DNA of 64,000 nt, taken from an uncultured Verrucomicrobiae bacterium (GTDB lineage: Bacteria; Verrucomicrobiota; Verrucomicrobiia; Chthoniobacterales; JAFAMB01). Below are positions 38,115-48,806 of this stretch, in pieces. Numbering within the stretch: the stretch's first letter is position 1; every line of letters begins with the position of its first letter. A model generated the notes under the pieces. That model worked only from the letters and a program-made list of their open reading frames with translations. It made no database searches and was not told where the DNA came from. Location of the stretch: assembly GCA_963762565.1 (NCBI GenBank), contig CAVXLD010000007.1, positions 512,001 to 576,000 on the forward strand, read 5' to 3'. The position numbers were made by a program, and so were the translations under genes.

Positions 38115-39518
38115 ATGAGCAACTCCATTCTTTGGCGTTCGTTTCTGCCTTCTTCCCCTGCTCGCCGAACTAGCACGCATTTCCTAGCGTGGACGGTGGC
38201 CGGGTACATTAGCTGGTTGTTACTCCCCTCGATCTTCGCTCAAGCCGACTATAAGGAGCCGGACTACAGCAAATTGCAACCCGAGAGCGGGCAGATCACG
38301 CTCGAAGTCTGGACTTGGGTGGTTGGACTGGATAAGGCGGCCCCGCTTTTCGAAAAGGCGTACCCGAACATCAAGGTGCATATTAACAACGTCGGCGCCG
38401 GTCCCACGGAATATCAGAAACTGCAAACCGCGATCAAAGCCGGATCCGGCGGGCCCGATGTTGCTCAGATCGAATACGACTTTCTGCCCTCTTTCATCGT
38501 GACCGACGGGCTAGTCGATATTTCCAAGTACGGCGCCAATGACGTGAAGTCTTTCTTTGTACCCTGGACCTGGGGGCAATGCGCGCCAGATGGAAAAGCG
38601 GTTTACGGAATCCCGCAAGACAGCGGGCCGATGGCATTTCTCTATAACAAAAAGATATTTGATAAATACGGGCTCACGGTTCCCACGACGTGGGACGAGT
38701 TTGCGCAGCAGGCCGAGAAACTTGCCAAGGCCAGCGATGGTAAAGTAAAGCTGGTCGATTTTATTCCGACCCAAGCTCCGTGGTTTATAGGCCTCGCCTG
38801 GGCTAACGGCGCTACGCTTTTCAAACAGAACGGGGATAGCTGGACTCAATCCCTCAACAGTCCGGAATGCCAAAAGGTGCTCGATTTCTGGGCAGATCTA
38901 ATAAAGAAGAAATACGTTGCCACTATCACGGATTTCACTCCGGAATTCTATACCGCGATCGCCTCGGGCCAGATTGCGGCTTCCATTGAAGCGGCTTGGG
39001 GACCGGGTGTAATTGCCCAGTCCGTCAATGACAAGACCTCCGGAGAATGGCAGGTGGCGCCGTTGCCGCAATGGAGTAAGGGCCAGACGTTTCGCAGCGG
39101 CAACTGGGGCGGAAGTTGCGACGTCGTCCTAAAGCAATCGAAATACCCCAAGGCGGCGACTCTTTTCAGCATTTGGTTAAATGCCGCCAAGGGCCCAGTG
39201 ATCAACAACTGGACCAGCTACGGGATCTTTCCCGCCTCGTTGTCTGGGCTCGCTTCACCGGATCTAAATCAAGCTGACAAAAACCCAAGCAAGTTTTGCG
39301 CTGGCCAGAATGTGGCCCAGGTCTATTCGGATGCCTCTAAAGCGGTGAATACGGACTTTGCTTGGTCCCCCTGGTTCGCGTTTGCGAACGATAACTATAA
39401 CAAACAGATTGCGGCATTGATTGCCGGGACTATGACAGCGAAACAAGCGCTCGACGCCTGGCAAGCCGATAGTCTGAAGAACGCCGCCGGCGACGGCTAC
39501 GACGTCAAAGGAAAGTAG
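38115..39518 (+). CDS. Carbohydrate ABC transporter substrate-binding protein (CUT1)
   Basis: [41 protein letters not shown]. Confidence 0.93.
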   Translation: MSNSILWRSFLPSSPARRTSTHFLAWTVAGYISWLLLPSIFAQADYKEPDYSKLQPESGQITLEVWTWVVGLDKAAPLFEKAYPNIKVHINNVGAGPTEYQKLQTAIKAGSGGPDVAQIEYDFLPSFIVTDGLVDISKYGANDVKSFFVPWTWGQCAPDGKAVYGIPQDSGPMAFLYNKKIFDKYGLTVPTTWDEFAQQAEKLAKASDGKVKLVDFIPTQAPWFIGLAWANGATLFKQNGDSWTQSLNSPECQKVLDFWADLIKKKYVATITDFTPEFYTAIASGQIAASIEAAWGPGVIAQSVNDKTSGEWQVAPLPQWSKGQTFRSGNWGGSCDVVLKQSKYPKAATLFSIWLNAAKGPVINNWTSYGIFPASLSGLASPDLNQADKNPSKFCAGQNVAQVYSDASKAVNTDFAWSPWFAFANDNYNKQIAALIAGTMTAKQALDAWQADSLKNAAGDGYDVKGK

Positions 39519-39571
39519 CGAGATTATCCTCACGGCGCGCGCGAAAGCGCGCGCCTTTCCGTCTGTCTGAC

Positions 39572-40438
39572 ATGCGCCGCTATCGCAAAACCGCGTTTCT
39601 TTTCCTGACGCCGTTTCTGGCGGTGTTTATCGCCTTCTATTTGGCGCCGGTCTGTTACGCGCTTTACCTGAGCCTTTTTATCCGCAAACGCGTCGGCATT
39701 GGCCCACCGAAGGAAGTATTCGGTGGGCTCGCCAACTATGTTCGGGCCGTTCAAGACACGGACTTTCTGATCGGCTTGAAGAACATGTTTGTCTTTGGAG
39801 TTGTCCAGGTCCCCATCATGTTAGGCTTGGCCATCCTGCTAGCTCTGCTTTTGCATCAATCCCGGGGCTTTTTCATGAAGGTGTGCCGGACGGCCTACTT
39901 TATGCCATACGGGATTCCGACCGCGATCGGCGCCATGATCTGGAGTTATCTGTACTCAGCGAATCTATCGCCTTTCAACCAGATCTTGCGATCGCTTCAC
40001 CAAGGCACGATCGAGTTCCTGTCCCCGGCCATCGTCCTCTGGTCGATTGCGAACATCGTGACCTGGACTTGGACAGGCTACAACATGATCACGCTCTTTG
40101 CGGCTTTGCAGAATATCCCGCAGGATCTTTACGAAGCGGCTCGGGTCGACGGAGCCAAGACCTGGGACATCGTGCGGCGGATCCAGATCCCGCTGTTGTT
40201 GCCGACGCTTAGGTTGCTTTTCATTTTTTCGATAATCGGCACCTCACAACTCTTTACTGAAGCTTTCGTGCTGCGACCGCTCGGTTATCTGGCCGACAAC
40301 ATCACTCCTAACCTTTACCTTTATCTAACCGCAGCCCGTGATGCTAACTATTCTTATGCCGGCGCCCTCGCCATCCTGTTAGCGTTGTTAATCTTTGTTA
40401 TCAGCGGCCCGTTTCTCCGCCGGATCGCTTCCCGGTAA
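39572..40438 (+). CDS. Carbohydrate ABC transporter permease (CUT1)
   Basis: EAA loop [18 protein letters not shown], six TMs. Confidence 0.95.
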   Translation: MRRYRKTAFLFLTPFLAVFIAFYLAPVCYALYLSLFIRKRVGIGPPKEVFGGLANYVRAVQDTDFLIGLKNMFVFGVVQVPIMLGLAILLALLLHQSRGFFMKVCRTAYFMPYGIPTAIGAMIWSYLYSANLSPFNQILRSLHQGTIEFLSPAIVLWSIANIVTWTWTGYNMITLFAALQNIPQDLYEAARVDGAKTWDIVRRIQIPLLLPTLRLLFIFSIIGTSQLFTEAFVLRPLGYLADNITPNLYLYLTAARDANYSYAGALAILLALLIFVISGPFLRRIASR

Positions 40439-40443
40439 CTCGT

Positions 40444-41388
40444 ATGAGCCCGATATCAGCAAGACATCAAGCGGCCAACGCACCGGTTTCAGTGACCAAG
40501 TCCTCGAGCCTTAGGCAAACTTCTGGGCCGGAAAAAAAGCAGGCCGTTTTTGTGGGAGCAACGGTGCGTCACATCGTTCTGGCCATCTTTCTGATCTACT
40601 GCATTTTGCCGGCCATGTGGATCATCTCAGCGATGACCAAGGATAACGGCCAAATCTTTACTACCTTTGGATTGTGGTTTTCCTATCCATTACATTTTCT
40701 GGAGAACTTAGGGGGCCTGATCAGCTATCAGGACGGAATCTTTGTACGCTGGTTTGGAAACTCGCTGATCTACGCGGGCTCGATCTCTTTTGGCAGCACG
40801 ATGATCTGTGCGTTAGGAGGTTACGCGTTTTCCAAGTACGACTTTCCGGCAAAACAGTTCATTTTTAATTTCATCCTCGGAACCATCATGGTTCCTTCCA
40901 CCGCACTCGTCCTGCCCTTGTTCCTGATGCTGAACAAGATCGGCCTGGTCAATAACATGTTGGGCGTAATCCTTCCCAGCTTAGTTAACCCGTTTGGGCT
41001 TTACCTGATGAAAGTGTTCTGGGATTCGTCCTTGCCTAACGAACTCATTGAGGCTTCGCGACTAGAGGGCGCGAGTGAACTCCAAATTTTTTGGCGGATC
41101 GGTTTGCCTCTCATGCAAACCGGGCTGGTAACGGTTGCCCTGTTAGCGTTCGTGGGCGCCTGGAACAACTTCTTTCTCCCATTGATTGTTTTGAGCGAAC
41201 AACACCTGTTCCCGCTGACCCTTGGCCTTAACGTCTGGGATAGCCTGACCTCCGCCGCCGGCGGTAAACCAATTTACAATTTAATTGCCGTCGGTTCTAT
41301 GGTTAGCGTCCTGCCGCTGCTGATTGCCTTTGTGGTTTTGGGCAAATATTGGCGCGGAGGGCTGACCGCAGGCGCAACGAAAGGGTAG
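40444..41388 (+). CDS. Carbohydrate ABC transporter permease (CUT1)
   Basis: LPNELIEASRLEGA, WNNFFLPL, GLTAGATKG. Confidence 0.95.
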   Translation: MSPISARHQAANAPVSVTKSSSLRQTSGPEKKQAVFVGATVRHIVLAIFLIYCILPAMWIISAMTKDNGQIFTTFGLWFSYPLHFLENLGGLISYQDGIFVRWFGNSLIYAGSISFGSTMICALGGYAFSKYDFPAKQFIFNFILGTIMVPSTALVLPLFLMLNKIGLVNNMLGVILPSLVNPFGLYLMKVFWDSSLPNELIEASRLEGASELQIFWRIGLPLMQTGLVTVALLAFVGAWNNFFLPLIVLSEQHLFPLTLGLNVWDSLTSAAGGKPIYNLIAVGSMVSVLPLLIAFVVLGKYWRGGLTAGATKG

Positions 41389-41396
41389 GGGGCAGG

Positions 41397-41546
41397 GAAA
41401 GGTGATTGGTGATTGGTGATTGGTGGATCTGATGGGATGTGCGGTTTTGAATAGTCAACTTTTTCCAGTCGGCCGATGCGGTCGGGCCCGTCCCCACTGG
41501 GCCAACCAATCACCAATCACCAATCACCAATCACCAATCACCTTTC
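41397..41546. repeat. GTGATTG heptamer-armed element
   Basis: gaaaggtgattggtgattggtgattggt ... accaatcaccaatcaccaatcaccaatcacctttc. Confidence 0.88.
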
Positions 41547-41585
41547 ACCCGTCCCCGGCCTTCGCATCTACGTAAGGCATGAACT

Positions 41586-43652
41586 ATGAGTAAGACTTAT
41601 TCCTACAACACCTTTCTCTACGGCGTCGTCTACTACCCGGAACAATGGCCCGAAGAACGATGGGAGTCTGATCTCGCGCGCATAGCGGCGACTGGCATGA
41701 ATGTGGTTCGAATGGGGGAAGGGGCGTGGAGTGTTTGGGAGCCCGAAGAAGGGCGTTATCAATTCGAGATGTTCGATCGCGCTCTGGCCTTGTGCGAAAA
41801 GCATGACCTGAAGGCGATCATGGGCACACCGACTTACACGCCGCCGGCCTGGTTAACTGAACGTTATCCAGAAGTTCTACGAGCGAGTTTTGACGGAGAC
41901 CGTCTGGTGCATGGTTCCCGCCGGCATTATAACTATACGTCTCCGGTCTATCGGGCGAAATCAGAGGCGATCACCGAAGCGTTGGCCCGTCATTACCAGG
42001 ATCATCCGATGGTGATCGGTTGGCAGATTGATAACGAACTAAACTGTCACCTCGATGTCAGCTTTGCGGAGAGCGATCACCAAGCGTTCCGAGTTTGGTG
42101 CCGCGAACGGTATGGTACCCTTGAGGCTTTGAACCAGGCCTGGGGAACTGCGTTCTGGTCACAAACTTACACCGATTGGGATCAAATCTGGTTGCCTCGG
42201 AAAACAGTAACGTATCAGAACCCGAGCCTGCTCTTGGACTTTTACCGGTTCACTTCGGACATGACCATCCGGTTCGGCGCAAGACAATATCAGATCATCA
42301 AAGCGATCGCACCGCACCAGTTTATTACTCACAATGCGTTCCAGAGCATGACCAATGTCGACCTGCCCGCGTTCGTGCAGGAGGCGGTTGATTTTATCTC
42401 CTATGATTCCTATCCGGAATTCAAGGTGTGCGATCTCAGTTTATCAGCTGATTTTCGTGACCGGGCCGAGTCCAGGCTGCTCTCACGGATGCGAGGAGTG
42501 TCGACGAAATTCGTGGTGTTGGAACAGCAGTCGGGTCCGAGTGGCCAAATCGGTGGTGTGCTGAATGGCAATCCTGACTATCTGCATCCGACGCCGAAAC
42601 CCGGACAAATGCGTCTTTGGTGCTGGAACTCGATTGCCAACGGAGCCGACGGACTCCTGTTCTTTCGTTGGCGTTCACTACCGTATGGGTCGGAAGCGCA
42701 TTGGAACGGATTGCTCTATCACGATGAGCGGAATCAGTGGCGGTTAGAGGAAGCGAAACGGCTGGGTCAAGAGATCAAACAATTGGGCGCGACACTCAGG
42801 AGTACCCGGTGTGTTTCCCAAGCAGCGATCCTCTACGATTTCGATAACGAATCTCACGCTCGCATTGAGCGCATGACCGGAAAATATCGCGACAGCAATG
42901 AGTTGGCGGTCTATCAAGCACTCTCGGAACGGCATCTTTCAGTTGATGTCCGTGCGCTATCAGCCATTGAAACCGGGGCGGACCTGGCTGGATACAAGAT
43001 CGTTTTCTTCCCGCATGCCCATATTCTGACCGGTACCGATGTTAAACCTCTCCGGGAGTACGTTGAGGCTGGTGGCACGTTGGTGTTCGGCTGTTGGAGT
43101 GGTTATCGCAACCGTAATCACTGGTGTTACAATGCGGATGACAAATCTTTTTATGAAAGCTTAACCGGCGTTCGGGTAGCTGATTTCACTGTGGTGACTC
43201 CAGGGGAGACGTCGGCGCTTCGATTTGAACATTCCGGCGCTTCTGTCCCGGCGCCGATCTTTAACGAGATACTCGCTTTCGCCGCTGACGACGTCGGGAC
43301 GCTGGCGTCTTATGGGTCCGACTATTATGCCGGGCATCCTGGAGTCACCTTGCACCGGTTAGGCGCGGGTAGAGTGGTTTATTTCGGGACATTTTTTACA
43401 CCTCAGAATGCAGCGACTTTGTTGGACGCCTTAGAAATTCAAGATCCGCTAGCGGCAAAGGCGGGAATTCCATCCGCCATTCAGGCCATCCTTCGATCGA
43501 ACGGTGAGGAGCAGTTCTGCTTTCTACTGAATTTCACGAACAAGAACCAACCAGTCACGTTCAGAGAGGCGGCCTTTGACCTGCTTGAGGAGCAAAAGCT
43601 GAATGGTCGGATCGAGATCCCGCCATACGGTGTGCGGTTTGTGCGGTGGTGA
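41586..43652 (+). CDS. Beta-galactosidase, GH42
   Basis: YYPEQWP, GTPTYTPPAWL, WQIDNE (acid/base), LNQAWGTAFWS, VLEQQ (nucleophile), FFRWR..G.E, trimerisation domain. Confidence 0.95.
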   Translation: MSKTYSYNTFLYGVVYYPEQWPEERWESDLARIAATGMNVVRMGEGAWSVWEPEEGRYQFEMFDRALALCEKHDLKAIMGTPTYTPPAWLTERYPEVLRASFDGDRLVHGSRRHYNYTSPVYRAKSEAITEALARHYQDHPMVIGWQIDNELNCHLDVSFAESDHQAFRVWCRERYGTLEALNQAWGTAFWSQTYTDWDQIWLPRKTVTYQNPSLLLDFYRFTSDMTIRFGARQYQIIKAIAPHQFITHNAFQSMTNVDLPAFVQEAVDFISYDSYPEFKVCDLSLSADFRDRAESRLLSRMRGVSTKFVVLEQQSGPSGQIGGVLNGNPDYLHPTPKPGQMRLWCWNSIANGADGLLFFRWRSLPYGSEAHWNGLLYHDERNQWRLEEAKRLGQEIKQLGATLRSTRCVSQAAILYDFDNESHARIERMTGKYRDSNELAVYQALSERHLSVDVRALSAIETGADLAGYKIVFFPHAHILTGTDVKPLREYVEAGGTLVFGCWSGYRNRNHWCYNADDKSFYESLTGVRVADFTVVTPGETSALRFEHSGASVPAPIFNEILAFAADDVGTLASYGSDYYAGHPGVTLHRLGAGRVVYFGTFFTPQNAATLLDALEIQDPLAAKAGIPSAIQAILRSNGEEQFCFLLNFTNKNQPVTFREAAFDLLEEQKLNGRIEIPPYGVRFVRW

Positions 43653-43655
43653 GAA

Positions 43656-43779
43656 GGGAGGGCGCGCGTCCTCGCGCGCCGTCGAGACGTTGCCAGACCT
43701 GAGGACGTATCTAGGCCCTTTGGCGGCACAACACGCTGGGCTCCGCAAGACAGCGGATCGCAGGGACGCGATCCCTCCC
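43656..43779. repeat. REPIN-like pair between convergent genes
   Basis: gggagggcgcgcgtcctcgcgcgccg ... gatcgcagggacgcgatccctccc. Inverted sister of 25807-25927. Confidence 0.8.
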
Positions 43780-43782
43780 CGT

Positions 43783-44205
43783 TCACCCAACCTTCCCCCG
43801 CACCGCGTCATAATCGTACGTCGTCACTTCTAACCGGTTACCGTAAGGATCGCTGAAGTAGACGGAGAACGATTTTTCGTGATCGGCGATTTCGGAGCGA
43901 CGAACCGCGTCGGCTCCTTCGAGAGCATCTAATTGCTCGACCAATTTAACAAAATCATCCCCTCCAATTCTGAATGCGACTCGCCGAATGCCGATCGGGC
44001 GCGTCGCACCTTGAGGTTGCCCTTCAAATAGAGCGAGTTTGGTCTGACCACCGTCAGGCGAGATCATGAGTGGGCCGCGCTGAGGTTCGGCCCAGAACAC
44101 ATATTCCGGGCAAATCTCGAATCCTAATACGGTTTGATACCAACGGGCCGCTGTTTGGCGGTCTGGTACCTCGAGCTCGACGTGATCGATCTGCGTTACG
44201 CGCAT
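43783..44205 (-). CDS. VOC/glyoxalase family protein
   Basis: IDHVELEV.D....[21 protein letters not shown]. Confidence 0.9.
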   Translation of the reverse strand: MRVTQIDHVELEVPDRQTAARWYQTVLGFEICPEYVFWAEPQRGPLMISPDGGQTKLALFEGQPQGATRPIGIRRVAFRIGGDDFVKLVEQLDALEGADAVRRSEIADHEKSFSVYFSDPYGNRLEVTTYDYDAVRGKVG

Positions 44206-44270
44206 TAGAGTTTGACCATAACCGATTTGGCGTCGTCTGTTTACCACCGCTTTTCAAAGATTTTATTTTC

Positions 44271-45041
44271 ATGAGTACGGATCGTTCTTGGAGCCTCGCT
44301 GGTAAATTCGCCGTGGTAACCGGTGGATCGAAAGGAATCGGTTTAGCCACGGTCTCAGAGTTGCTACAACATGGCGCCTCGGTGCTTTCCGTGGCCCGCG
44401 ATAGCCAAACCTTGGCGGCATCGGTTCAAGATTGGCAAAAGCAAGGGCTACCGGTGACGACGGTGGCGGCGGATGTAAGTACTCCTCAGGGGCGGTCACA
44501 CGTTCTGGCTGAGGCGGCAAAGTCCAAGCGCATCGATGTCCTTGTGGCCAACGTTGGTACTAACATCCGCAAAGGGTTCGAGGACTACACGACGGAAGAG
44601 GTTCTCCACATCTTAAACACGAATCTGATCTCTTCGATTGAACTGGTGCGGGACGCATTCCCTTTATTGAAAGCCGGGTCTGATCCTTCCGTGGTTCTGG
44701 TTGGCTCGATTGCCGGTCTCAACACCGTCCGCACCGGTATTCCCTACGGTGCATCCAAAGCGGCGCTCAACCAGGTGACCCGCGGACTAGCGGTAGAATG
44801 GGCCAAGCACAAGATCCGGGTGAACCTGGTGGCCCCGGGGTTTATTGCTACCCCTCTCACCGAGGCCCTGTTGGGGAACGAAGAATTCATGGCCTATATC
44901 CGGACTCGGATCCCGATGGAACGTCCCGGACAGGCCGGAGAAGTAGCCACGCTGATCGCCTTTCTGACGATGCCAGCCTCCAGCTATGTCACCGGCCAAA
45001 TCTTCGTCGTCGACGGCGGCGCGTCGTCCAACCTGATCTAG
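44271..45041 (+). CDS. SDR oxidoreductase (tropinone reductase-like)
   Basis: [35 protein letters not shown]. Confidence 0.92.
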   Translation: MSTDRSWSLAGKFAVVTGGSKGIGLATVSELLQHGASVLSVARDSQTLAASVQDWQKQGLPVTTVAADVSTPQGRSHVLAEAAKSKRIDVLVANVGTNIRKGFEDYTTEEVLHILNTNLISSIELVRDAFPLLKAGSDPSVVLVGSIAGLNTVRTGIPYGASKAALNQVTRGLAVEWAKHKIRVNLVAPGFIATPLTEALLGNEEFMAYIRTRIPMERPGQAGEVATLIAFLTMPASSYVTGQIFVVDGGASSNLI

Positions 45042-45056
45042 CGACCTCGCTAGACC

Positions 45057-45147
45057 AAATGACAGATGAGAGGATGACAAATGACAGATTGACGCCAACC
45101 AGCGTCGAACGCAGTCACCCTCTATTTGTCATCTGTCATTTGTCATT
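45057..45147. repeat. TGACA(A/G)A heptamer-armed element
   Basis: aaatgacagatgagaggatgacaaatgacaga ... tttgtcatctgtcatttgtcatt. Confidence 0.85.
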
Positions 45148-45148
45148 C

Positions 45149-45619
45149 TTACGCCGCCACCTTAATCGACGGAACCACTTCCACCGGAAAGTTCACAGAG
45201 TTGGCAATAAAGCACAGCGCGTGAGCCCGTTCGTGTAACTCATGCGCGGCCTTCAACCCGGCCTCCGAAGTAATCACGATCTCGGGATGCAACACGACCT
45301 TCGTAAATCTGCCGGCGCCGTTGGCGGTTATTTCCATTTCTCCTTCCGCCGCATCGGAGTAATGGGTGCAGATAATTTTCTGCTCCGAGCAGAGATGCAG
45401 GTACCAAAGCATGTGGCACGCAGATAACGACGCCACGAGCAGATCTTCCGGGTTATAACGGGCAGGATCACCCCGGAATTTCGGGTCAGACGATCCGGCT
45501 AGAACCGGCTTTTGAGGAATTCGGACGTCATAAGAACGTTCGTAGTCGCGATAACTGGAGGTTCCTTTGCCGGTGTTGCCAGTCCAGACGGTGGTCAATG
45601 AGTAATGATGGGAGGGCAT
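45149..45619 (-). CDS. OsmC family protein
   Basis: WTGN.G.GT..Y..Y.R, NPEDLLVASLSACHMLWYL, AH..CFIANSV. Confidence 0.92.
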   Translation of the reverse strand: MPSHHYSLTTVWTGNTGKGTSSYRDYERSYDVRIPQKPVLAGSSDPKFRGDPARYNPEDLLVASLSACHMLWYLHLCSEQKIICTHYSDAAEGEMEITANGAGRFTKVVLHPEIVITSEAGLKAAHELHERAHALCFIANSVNFPVEVVPSIKVAA

Positions 45620-45627
45620 GGGAGCAA

Positions 45628-45958
45628 TTACAGATGACAAATGGCAGATGACAAATGACAAATTGGTGGGGCAAAGCCGCGGGCGTCCGTGGAGGGGAGC
45701 CGCTTTGTCGCTCGGCAGCTCTGTAGCTCGTTCAACAAGCGGCTCCCGGAAATGATCCAGCGTGATGTTTTGCCCATCGCGTCTACTCCGGGAGCATGGA
45801 AATACGACTCGATAGAAATCCGACGCGCTGGCTCGTTCCCGGGAGCCGCTTGTTAAAAGGCGGATAGACCTGCCTCCCTACAAAGCAGCTCCCCTCCAGT
45901 CGCACGGTGCTTTCGGGAACATCCGCCAATCTGTCATCTGTCATTTGTCATCTGTCAT
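45628..45958. repeat. TGACAAA element containing a nested four-arm GGAGGGGAGCCGCTTTG element (45690-45898)
   Basis: Heptamer arms outside. Inside: tggaggggagccgctttgt / caagcggctcccgg / ccgggagccgcttg / acaaagcagctcccctcca. Confidence 0.85.
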
Positions 45959-46367
45959 CGTCTCTGCCGCTGCCAGGCGGCAGCGAGAGCGACAACCGCC
46001 AACTAATCCGCCAAGCCCCATCCTGCTTTGACAGCGCCAGCCAATCGCGGCCTTCATCATGCACGTTACTGCCGTGGATCTCGTAATCGATCTGCCATCC
46101 GTAGGTTGCCATAACAAATCCGGCGAATGGTATGATGTCGGGTTCCTCCTCTTTATAGCCAAGTACTTTGGCGATTCCCATGAAGTCGCGATAGCTTTGA
46201 ATGCAGGCTTCTCTACCCTCGAGCAGGCGATCACCTTTTGAGTCTTGGAACACCACGCCTGCCGCAAACAGAGGTTCCAGCTGGTCGAACTGCCTTTGTT
46301 GCCAAGCCAGGCTTAGCGATTTGGTCACACCAGTAATCTGGTCAGGATCCGCAAGTTCATTTCCCAT
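45948..46367 (-). CDS. NTF2/SnoaL-like (DUF4440-type) protein
   Basis: AW....FDQL..LFA..VVF, GREACIQSY.DF, DEGRD...L....GAWRI.WR. Stop lies in the heptamer arm. Confidence 0.8.
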   Translation of the reverse strand: MGNELADPDQITGVTKSLSLAWQQRQFDQLEPLFAAGVVFQDSKGDRLLEGREACIQSYRDFMGIAKVLGYKEEEPDIIPFAGFVMATYGWQIDYEIHGSNVHDEGRDWLALSKQDGAWRISWRLSLSLPPGSGRDDDR

Positions 46368-46374
46368 CACGTTA

Positions 46375-46647
46375 GTGTCCTGTCCCATAAGTAACATGGC
46401 TTTCGCCGTCGGCCAGGTGGCTGTTTTTCAAGGCGCGAGCGAAGTGCCCATATTTGATTCATACGGGTCGAGCGAGCAACGCGGAAAAACAGCCACCTGG
46501 CCACGGCCCGGAGGGTTGCGATGAAAATGAGCCGGCGGCTGCGTTGCTCGTCGGTTACGTATCAATCTAGATATGCGCCCTCCTCGCGTCTTGCCGGCGG
46601 CCCATTTTGATCGCAACGAAAGCCATGCTATTTATGGGACAGGACAC
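46375..46647. mobile_element. MITE with 16-bp TIR GTGTCCTGTCCCATAA
   Basis: Perfect TIR at 46375-46390 / 46632-46647. Internal hairpin ggccaggtggctgtttttc / gaaaaacagccacctggcc. Solo end at 53234-53249. Confidence 0.8.
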
Positions 46648-46757
46648 CAATTTCTGCTGATAAAACTGGTTCAATCCTAGCAGAAAAGGATTACTATACC
46701 CACACTGGACTGCCAACCAGCGGTCCATCTGGTCGGTGACCCTGTTATCGCGTTACT

Positions 46758-47471
46758 ATGTCCCACTCGGTGGAATCCCATCTACGCCTAGACATCGCGG
46801 AATACGACCAGCTGATCCGTCGATTCATTCCCGACTACGACGAAATGTTGGGCGAATTGGCGAACTACTTAGCCTTTTATCTGGTCGATAGAGAGCGGCC
46901 TCACGTGTTGGATCTTGGCACCGGTACTGGGTCCTTGGCGGCTTTGGTTCTAAAGCGGATCCCGAACTCAACTGTGATCGGTATCGATTCAGATCCGGCC
47001 ATGATCGTGGAAGCACGTGAACGGCTAGCAGATTTATTACCAAGAGTTACCCATCTTCTCGGGGACTTTTTTGGCCCGTTACCGCATGGTTCTGATGCGT
47101 GCACGGCCTCGTTGGCATTACACCATGTTCGCGAGCTAACCGAAAAACGGCGTCTTTACCGCAAGATTCTGGGTGCGTTGACACCCCACGGAATTTTCAT
47201 TAACGCTGATGCGATGTTTGCTGAAAACAGCCCGCTAGAGCAATGGATGCGGTCGGCTTGGTCTAAACACATTATTACTAGCGGTTTTAGTAAAACCGAA
47301 GTGGCGTCGCACTTTGAGCAATGGTCAACCGAAGACCGATATTTCGAGGTGCAAACCGAGCTACACCTGTTGCACGAGGCGGGCTTTTCTAACCTCGAAG
47401 TGGTCTGGCGCCGAGGCCCCATGGCGGTGATCGCAGCCCATAAGGGGGGTGAGGCGAGAGGTGAGAAGTGA
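46758..47471 (+). CDS. Class I SAM-dependent methyltransferase
   Basis: VLDLGTGTG, GIDSDP.M, SLALHHV, L.P.GIFINAD. Confidence 0.92.
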   Translation: MSHSVESHLRLDIAEYDQLIRRFIPDYDEMLGELANYLAFYLVDRERPHVLDLGTGTGSLAALVLKRIPNSTVIGIDSDPAMIVEARERLADLLPRVTHLLGDFFGPLPHGSDACTASLALHHVRELTEKRRLYRKILGALTPHGIFINADAMFAENSPLEQWMRSAWSKHIITSGFSKTEVASHFEQWSTEDRYFEVQTELHLLHEAGFSNLEVVWRRGPMAVIAAHKGGEARGEK

Positions 47472-47624
47472 TTGGTGAGAGGTGAGAGGACCGCGCGGGA
47501 CAGGCGGAAGGCGACCCGGAAGGGTGTGCGCAACGGCTAACACGGATGGGACCTATGGGACTTATAGGACTTATGTGACCGTGACCCATAGGTCCCATTG
47601 GTCTCATAAGTCCCATCCGTGCCA
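47448..47624. repeat. GTGAGA(A/G) heptamer arm plus 9-mer GGGACCTAT element (47541-47624)
   Basis: ggtgaggcgagaggtgagaagtgattggtgagaggtgagagg, then cacggatgggacctatgggacttatagg ... cataagtcccatccgtg. Confidence 0.8.
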
Positions 47625-47789
47625 GGGTCTTACGCGCGCCCGTCCGCCAGGCTTCCCCCTCACTCAGCGGCTTCCGCCTCGCCGCCCGCATCCCCCTCGC
47701 TTATCCCACGTTGTCAAGGGTGGATCTGGCGGCAAAGTGCTTCTTGCTTGCTTTCACTAACTTGTATTTGCTAATAGGCAGGCTCCTTA

Positions 47790-48806
47790 ATGATAAAGCT
47801 CCTGGAACCCCGACCTCTCCGCGGAGAAGCGGACCTGCTAGAGGAAGGTGTCTCGCAGCGAAGAGACCGTGGTTTGGCATCGCTACGGTTCCGACAAGTT
47901 TCTCCTCCAACAGACGAAACATTCGTCAGCCGGTTAGCTCTGCGGCGGCTACAAACCCATCTATTATCCGATCACTTCCTCGGGGCAGTAATGGGAGCGG
48001 CTAGAAGCCCGAACGGTGACAAATGGGCTGCGTCCTCTCGACAACGGCTTTTCCGGCAGAACGTGGAGGGACTCCGGCGGGATCTCCAGGACCTGGTCGT
48101 TGAGACGGTTACAGATGAGCGGCATGACCTTTCGATTTTCCAAGTAGAGGGATCCCGGTTGTGGGCAGGTAAGGAGCGGTATCCTTCTTTGCGTGCTTAC
48201 GCCGTCGATAAACTCGCGGAGAAGTCGTTTGTTCAGGCCAGTTCCGGACGGGACATACCTGAGCTCTTTGAGCGGGCGATGCTAGGGGCGACGGAAGCAC
48301 TCTTCGACGAAAGCCTTTTGCCAAAAGTAACACGTCGCAGCTGGGATGAGACTTATTGGTGGACAGACTCGATCCATTGGCCGGCCTTGGGTTCTCTTCT
48401 CCGGCTCTGTCTCGATCGAAGTATCGACCTGCATTTTCGAGCGCAGTTGGTGATCGTCGATCTCAATGCAGCGGCGCTGACCAGGCTGTCGAACAATTGG
48501 AAATCAATTCTTTGCACAAAATCGGTCTGGGGAGCGATCGATCATGTCGCTCGCACCATGGAGATACCGTACTTCCATATTGCCATTCCGGTGGAACCGA
48601 GCGGTGAGATGCGCAGTTTTTCAGTCGATATCGTCGAGTTGCGCGACCAAAATTGTACCGTCGAAGATCATCTGGTCTGTCTGCCGGCAGGTCATCCTCA
48701 GTCAGAATCTCTTGCTGCTGAAGTCTTACTGCGTTCGGACGCTGTCGATGTAGTGTCCAACCTCCCTCAATTGATCGAACGTCTGCCCAGCGAACTTCTT
48801 TTGTGA
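47790..48806 (+). CDS. Hypothetical protein
   Basis: 338-aa open frame filling the gap between repeats. No family recognised. Confidence 0.6.
   Translation: MIKLLEPRPLRGEADLLEEGVSQRRDRGLASLRFRQVSPPTDETFVSRLALRRLQTHLLSDHFLGAVMGAARSPNGDKWAASSRQRLFRQNVEGLRRDLQDLVVETVTDERHDLSIFQVEGSRLWAGKERYPSLRAYAVDKLAEKSFVQASSGRDIPELFERAMLGATEALFDESLLPKVTRRSWDETYWWTDSIHWPALGSLLRLCLDRSIDLHFRAQLVIVDLNAAALTRLSNNWKSILCTKSVWGAIDHVARTMEIPYFHIAIPVEPSGEMRSFSVDIVELRDQNCTVEDHLVCLPAGHPQSESLAAEVLLRSDAVDVVSNLPQLIERLPSELLL

Noticed and set aside
16271..45661. Long N-terminal extensions in the ORF track (16271, 21526, 23576, 26883, 28339, 30819, 32727, 44070, 45661)
   Set aside because: They mostly run through intergenic repeats or the neighbouring gene and give low-complexity peptides (e.g. 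MSFVICH, FVTFVIF). Downstream starts match family N-termini.
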